Positions 58,801-64,000 of a DNA stretch of 64,000 nt are shown in pieces. A program made the translations under genes and the position numbers. The stretch is taken from assembly GCF_009914755.1 (NCBI RefSeq), contig NC_060931.1. One strand, 5' to 3'. Under the pieces are notes generated by a model. That model was not told the origin of the DNA and did not search any database. It saw nothing but the letters and a program-made list of their open reading frames with translations. Within the stretch, counting starts at the first letter, position 1. Each line of letters opens with the position of its first letter. This stretch comes from the human T2T-CHM13v2.0 reference genome, Homo sapiens.

Positions 58801-61560
58801 ATAAAAAAGGTTTTCAGGAAAGGCAAACCCAAGACCTGATGGCTTTACTGTTAATTTGAGCAAATATTTAAATAACTAATACCAATCCTACTCAAACTTT
58901 CCAACAAATTGAGGCAGGAAACTTTCAAACACATTCTATGAATTCAGTATTGCCCTGATAGCAAAACCAGACAAATACACATCAGAAAAAGAAGACCACA
59001 GGCCACTATTACTGATGAACATTGATGCAAAAATCCTCAACAAAGCACTAGCCAACCTAATTCAATAAGAAAGTGTACATATCATTCATCATGACCAAGT
59101 AGGATTTATCCCTGGAATGCAAGAATGGTTCAACATAAGCAAATCAATCAATGTGATACGTGATATCAACAGAATGACTAACAAAAGCCATATTATCATT
59201 TTAATTGATGCCAAAAAATTTTTAATAAATTTCAACATCTCTTTATGATAAAGGCCCTAAAAATGGGATGTAGAAGAAACATACCTCAATACAATAGAAG
59301 CCATACATGATAGGCTCACAACTAGTATGATATTGAATGGGGGAAAACTTAAATTCTTTCCTCTAAGATCTGGAACACAAGGATTCACACTTTCACCACT
59401 GTTATTCAACATAGTACTGGAAGTTCTAGCTAGAGCAATCAGACAAAAGAAAGATATAAAAGTCATCCAGATTGGAGTGGAAGAATTCAAATTATCCCTG
59501 TTTACAGGTGATATGATCTTATATTTGGAAAATCATAAATAATCCACCAAAAAAATTAAAACTGATGAACCAATTCAGTAAAGTTCCAGAATACAAAATT
59601 TATGTATAAAAATTAGTAGCATTTATATATGCCAGCAGCGAACAGTCTGAAAAAGAAATCAAGAAATTTATCACATTTGCAATAGTTACACATAAAATTA
59701 AGTACCTAGGAATAAACTCAACCAAAGAGGTGAAAGATCACTATAATAAAAACTATAAAACATTGAAACAAAAAATTAAGGAGGACATAGGAAATAGATA
59801 TTTCATGTTTATAAACTGGAAGAATGAATATTGTTAAAATGTCCATGCTATCCTCAAAAATATACAAATTAAATGCAATCCCTACCAAATTAACAATGAT
59901 GTTCTCACAGACGTAGACAAAAAATTCTAAATTTATATGTAACCACAAAAGACCCAAAATAGCAAAAGCCAGTCTGAGCAAAAATAACAAAACTGGAGGA
60001 ATCACATTACCCAACTTTACTTGACAGAGCTATTGTAACTAAAACAGCATGGCACAAGCATAAAAACGACACATGGACCTATAGAACAGACTAGAGAACC
60101 CGAGAACCTAGAAAGAAATAAATTTACATACCTACAGCTAACTGATTTTCAACAAAGGTGTCAAGAATATACATTAAGGAAAGTAGTCTCTTTAATAAAT
60201 GATACTGAGAAAACAAGACAGCTATGTGCAGAAGAATGAAACTAGATTGCTATCTCTCACCATATACAAAAATCAAATCAAAATGTATTAAAGACTTAAA
60301 TCTAAAACCTGAAGTATGAAACTACTGAAAAAAAAGATTGGGGAAACTCTCCAAGTCACTGGGTGGCAAAGATTTCTTGAGTAATACCCCACAAGCACAG
60401 GGGTATTGCCTATCCAAAGCAAAACTGGGCAAATGAGATCAGATAAAGTAAAAAAGCTTATGCACAGGAAAGAAAAAAAAATCAACGAAGTGAAGAGACA
60501 ACACACACAAGGGGAGAAAATATTTGCAAACTATCCATCAGACAAGGGATTGATAACCAGAATATATGAACAGCTCAAACAGCTCAATAGGAAAAAAATC
60601 TAATAAACAGAATAAAAAATGGGCAAAAGATGTGAATAGACATTTCTCAAAAGAAGACATACAAGTATATAAAATGGTACTCTCCATCAATGATCAGCAG
60701 AATAATTTAAATCAAAACTACAATGAGCTATCATCTCACCCCAGTTAAAATAGCTTTTATCCAAAAGACAGACAATAACTAATGTTTGTGAGCACGTGGA
60801 GGAAAGGAAACCCTTATACAATATTGGTGGGAATGTAAATTAGTATAGTCACTATGGAGAAGAGAAGGGATGCTCTTAAAATATTAAAAATAGAACAACT
60901 GTATGATCCAGCAATCCCACTGCTAGGTATATGCTAAAACAAAAGGAAATCAATATGTCAAAGATATATCTGCACTCTCATCTTTATTGAAACACCACTA
61001 TCTATTCAAATAGCTGAGACTTGGAAGCAACCTAAATGTTCATCAACAGATAATGGATTGAGAAAATGTGGTACATATATACAATGGAGTACTATTCAAC
61101 CATCAAAAGGAATGAGATCCTGTCATTTGCAACAACATGGATGGAACTGGAGGATATTATGTTAAGTGAAATAAGCAGGACACGGAAAGTCAAGCTTCAC
61201 ACATTCTCACTCACTTTTGGGAGCTAAAAAGTAAAACAATTGAACTCACGAAGATAGATGGTAGAGTGGTGGTTACCAGAGGCTGGGAAGGGAAGGTGAG
61301 GATGGTTAATGGGTTCAAAAATATAGTTAGATAGAATGAATAAGATCTAATAGTATTTGATAGCACAATAGGGAGATTATAGTCAACAATAATTTATTGT
61401 ATATTTTCAGATAACTGAATGAGTATAATTGGAATGTTTGTAATAGAAAAAATGATAAATGCTTAAGGTAATGGATATCCCATTTACCTTGTGATTATTA
61501 CACATTGTAAATCTGTATCAAAACACCTCATGTACCCCATTAATATATACATATGCTATA
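55807..61560 (+). mobile_element. Near-full-length L1MA (L1MA2/3-like) with internal deletions
   Basis: 5'UTR with ~360-bp repeated units (CATGGGCCTTGGGTGAGAC at 56670 and 57030); ORF1 MTSPNELNK; ORF2 [10 protein letters not shown]; L1MA 3'UTR GGTTACCAGAGGCTGGGAAGG..TATTTGATAGCACAATAGGG; deletions near 57825 and 58730. Confidence 0.88.
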
Positions 61561-61869
61561 ATTTAGTGATCTAATAAAATTTTATTGTTCTCCACTTTTC
61601 TCGTGTAATCAACTTACTCTTTCTTTTACCTAGCTATGATTTCATGACTCCTACATATAATCTCAGCTACCTTGGCCAATCCAGACTAGTTGTACTTCTT
61701 TGGGATAATATTGACTCTTGTTGAATTCATTTCTCTGTTTAATGTATGGGGTACCAATACACCTAAACATGTCTAGAGTCATATAGACTTACTTCATGCT
61801 CTTGTTTCACAACAGTATCTTTATTTCAGCTAACACTGATACAAGGCTACATTTTCAGACCAACACTGA

Positions 61870-62267
<398 letters not shown>

Positions 62268-62849
62268 TTAAAGATCAAAGCAGCAACCTAAAGAGGTTGC
62301 TTTTACTCTACACATATTTGTTAGTTATGAGAATGTGAAATGAAATTGTGAGGGCTCAAAGGGTAAAGGGGATCTATATCCAACCCAATGACCACCCGCT
62401 TCCAAAGCAGACAGGCTGCTCAACAACCATAAGTAATGTAAACAAGAAACATTCATTCTTTACCTTTCAGTGAAATTATGAATTATTGTTCTTTCAGCAA
62501 ATGTTGCTGTGGTCCTGGTTTGAGTCGGGGGAAAATTAAAAATGAAAAAAGGAAAAAGAAAAGTCAAACCGTTTACTCAAGAGATTGTGAACAATTGGGA
62601 ACATATCACATGAATTTTCACTCAAATTTGCTTGATTGACTGGTCCAAGATTCTCCAAGCATGGATTTGCAGTTTTTCCACTTGGTAGTATCTCAAGCAT
62701 TTGGAAAAAGCAAATGTAAATCTAAATACTTTCTGGAAGAGATATCTTTATTTTAAGCTTTAGGTTTCCCCTGAAGCCATTGTTAAAGGTCATTAAATAG
62801 CACCAGGCAAACAAAACCATGCACACAAGCAAACTCACTAAAACTAACC

Positions 62850-63729
62850 CCAAACAGTAATATATAAGATATGGAATTAGTGAAAAATATTAGATACTGA
62901 AATTATTAGAACAGATACCAAAATTATGTATATATTATACTTTTTAAAGAAATTAAAGAAAAATAATAAAATATAGAGAACCAGAAACTATAAAATGACT
63001 GCAGATTTAAAAATAACAACATATAACATTGAGAAATAAAGACAACAAAAATTAAACTAAAAATCAAAATGAAAGGATTAAAATTAAATATTCAGTAAAA
63101 AGTTGGAATTAATTGGACAGATCTGACAATAAAATTTATGAACTTTTAATAAATCAGAATTTATTCAAAAATTAGCATAAAGCTACAAAAGTCATAAAAT
63201 ATAGAAAAAAATAGTAAAATATATGGAAGACTCAGTGGAAAAGTCTATCATACATTATTAGAGTACTTAGAGTAAGAAACCTTAAATTATACACTGGAAA
63301 TTAAAAAACGAAAGAAATGGCATGCCATAGCAGCAAGAGAAAAATGGTCTCTTCAAAAAATATGCTGGAAAAATTACATATACCTACAGAAAATTGATAT
63401 AGAAACCTTTCTCAATAGCATAGAAAAAGTCAGTGACAGATGGATTCCAGAAAAATATATGGAAATCCAAACTATAAAGCTTTAAAAGTATATTTGAATA
63501 TCTTCACAACTTCAATATAGGATAAAATTTCTTTGGCAAAATAAAGGCAAAGATAGATAATCTTAGAGAACATAAAGAAAAAGTAAATAATTTTTATCAT
63601 ATTAAATTTAAAACTCTTGTTTATTCACAGAGAAGAGTATATAGATAAACATAAGAGTTCCAGAATATGATAAAATATGTGCAACGTGTATATGATAAAG
63701 GGAGAGATTTTAGAAGTCAGACAAAATGA

Positions 63730-63763
<34 letters not shown>

Positions 63764-64000
63764 CACATTTGCATGTCAATACATACAAATAGTAAAATAG
63801 AATAGAGGAAAAATATTCTACAACAAATAATTCATGAAGACAAACATCAAACAAATAATAAATAAAAGAAAAAGTTTTTTGCCATATAAATAATAAGAAG
63901 AATGCAAATAAAAGGAACAGAATAAATCACACATCTGTCAGAAACTGGCAAACACTGCTGATGGGAATGCAAATTGTAATAACAATGTTGAAAAAAACAG
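62850..64000 (+). mobile_element. Ancient L1ME-like ORF1 and ORF2 fragments with (CA)n at 63731-63761
   Basis: A-rich ORF1-like coiled-coil region; GGTCTCTTCAAAAAATATGCTGGAAAAATT; ACACTGCTGATGGGAATGCAAATTG. Confidence 0.55.

Overview
Primate (AluY, young L1PA, HML5 present, so human/catarrhine-like) AT-rich, gene-poor DNA dominated by decayed retroelements. I find no intact protein-coding gene; the ORF-track hits are retroviral/L1/Alu debris or chance ORFs. 1-24.6 kb is one nested insertion stack. An old plus-strand L1 (L1PB4-like) is split by a full-length minus-strand class I provirus (HERV-IP10/LTR10-type, 1478-10280, 4-bp TSD GCTC, PBS-Pro, decayed gag-pro-pol-env) and by a second L1 (L1PA15/16-like), which is itself split by an L1PA6/7-like copy. 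Further right are a 5'-deleted HERV-K HML5 env+LTR fused to a 160-bp L1PA tail, a solo ERV1 LTR, Alus, MIRs and several L1M fragments. An orphan L1PA6/7 5'UTR is fused onto an L1MA body. The most unusual signal lies outside recognisable repeats: two long inverted repeats side by side at 35.8-36.6 kb. In the second, every transition mismatch (10 of 10) is a G-U wobble on the minus strand only. Several minus-strand exon-like segments lie between it and the orphan L1 antisense promoter, which suggests (unproven) an L1-driven spliced non-coding RNA. There are also many templated-insertion/snap-back repair scars, including a 59-bp copy taken from 1.1 kb away. Subfamily names come from recalled consensus sequences, not a database search.
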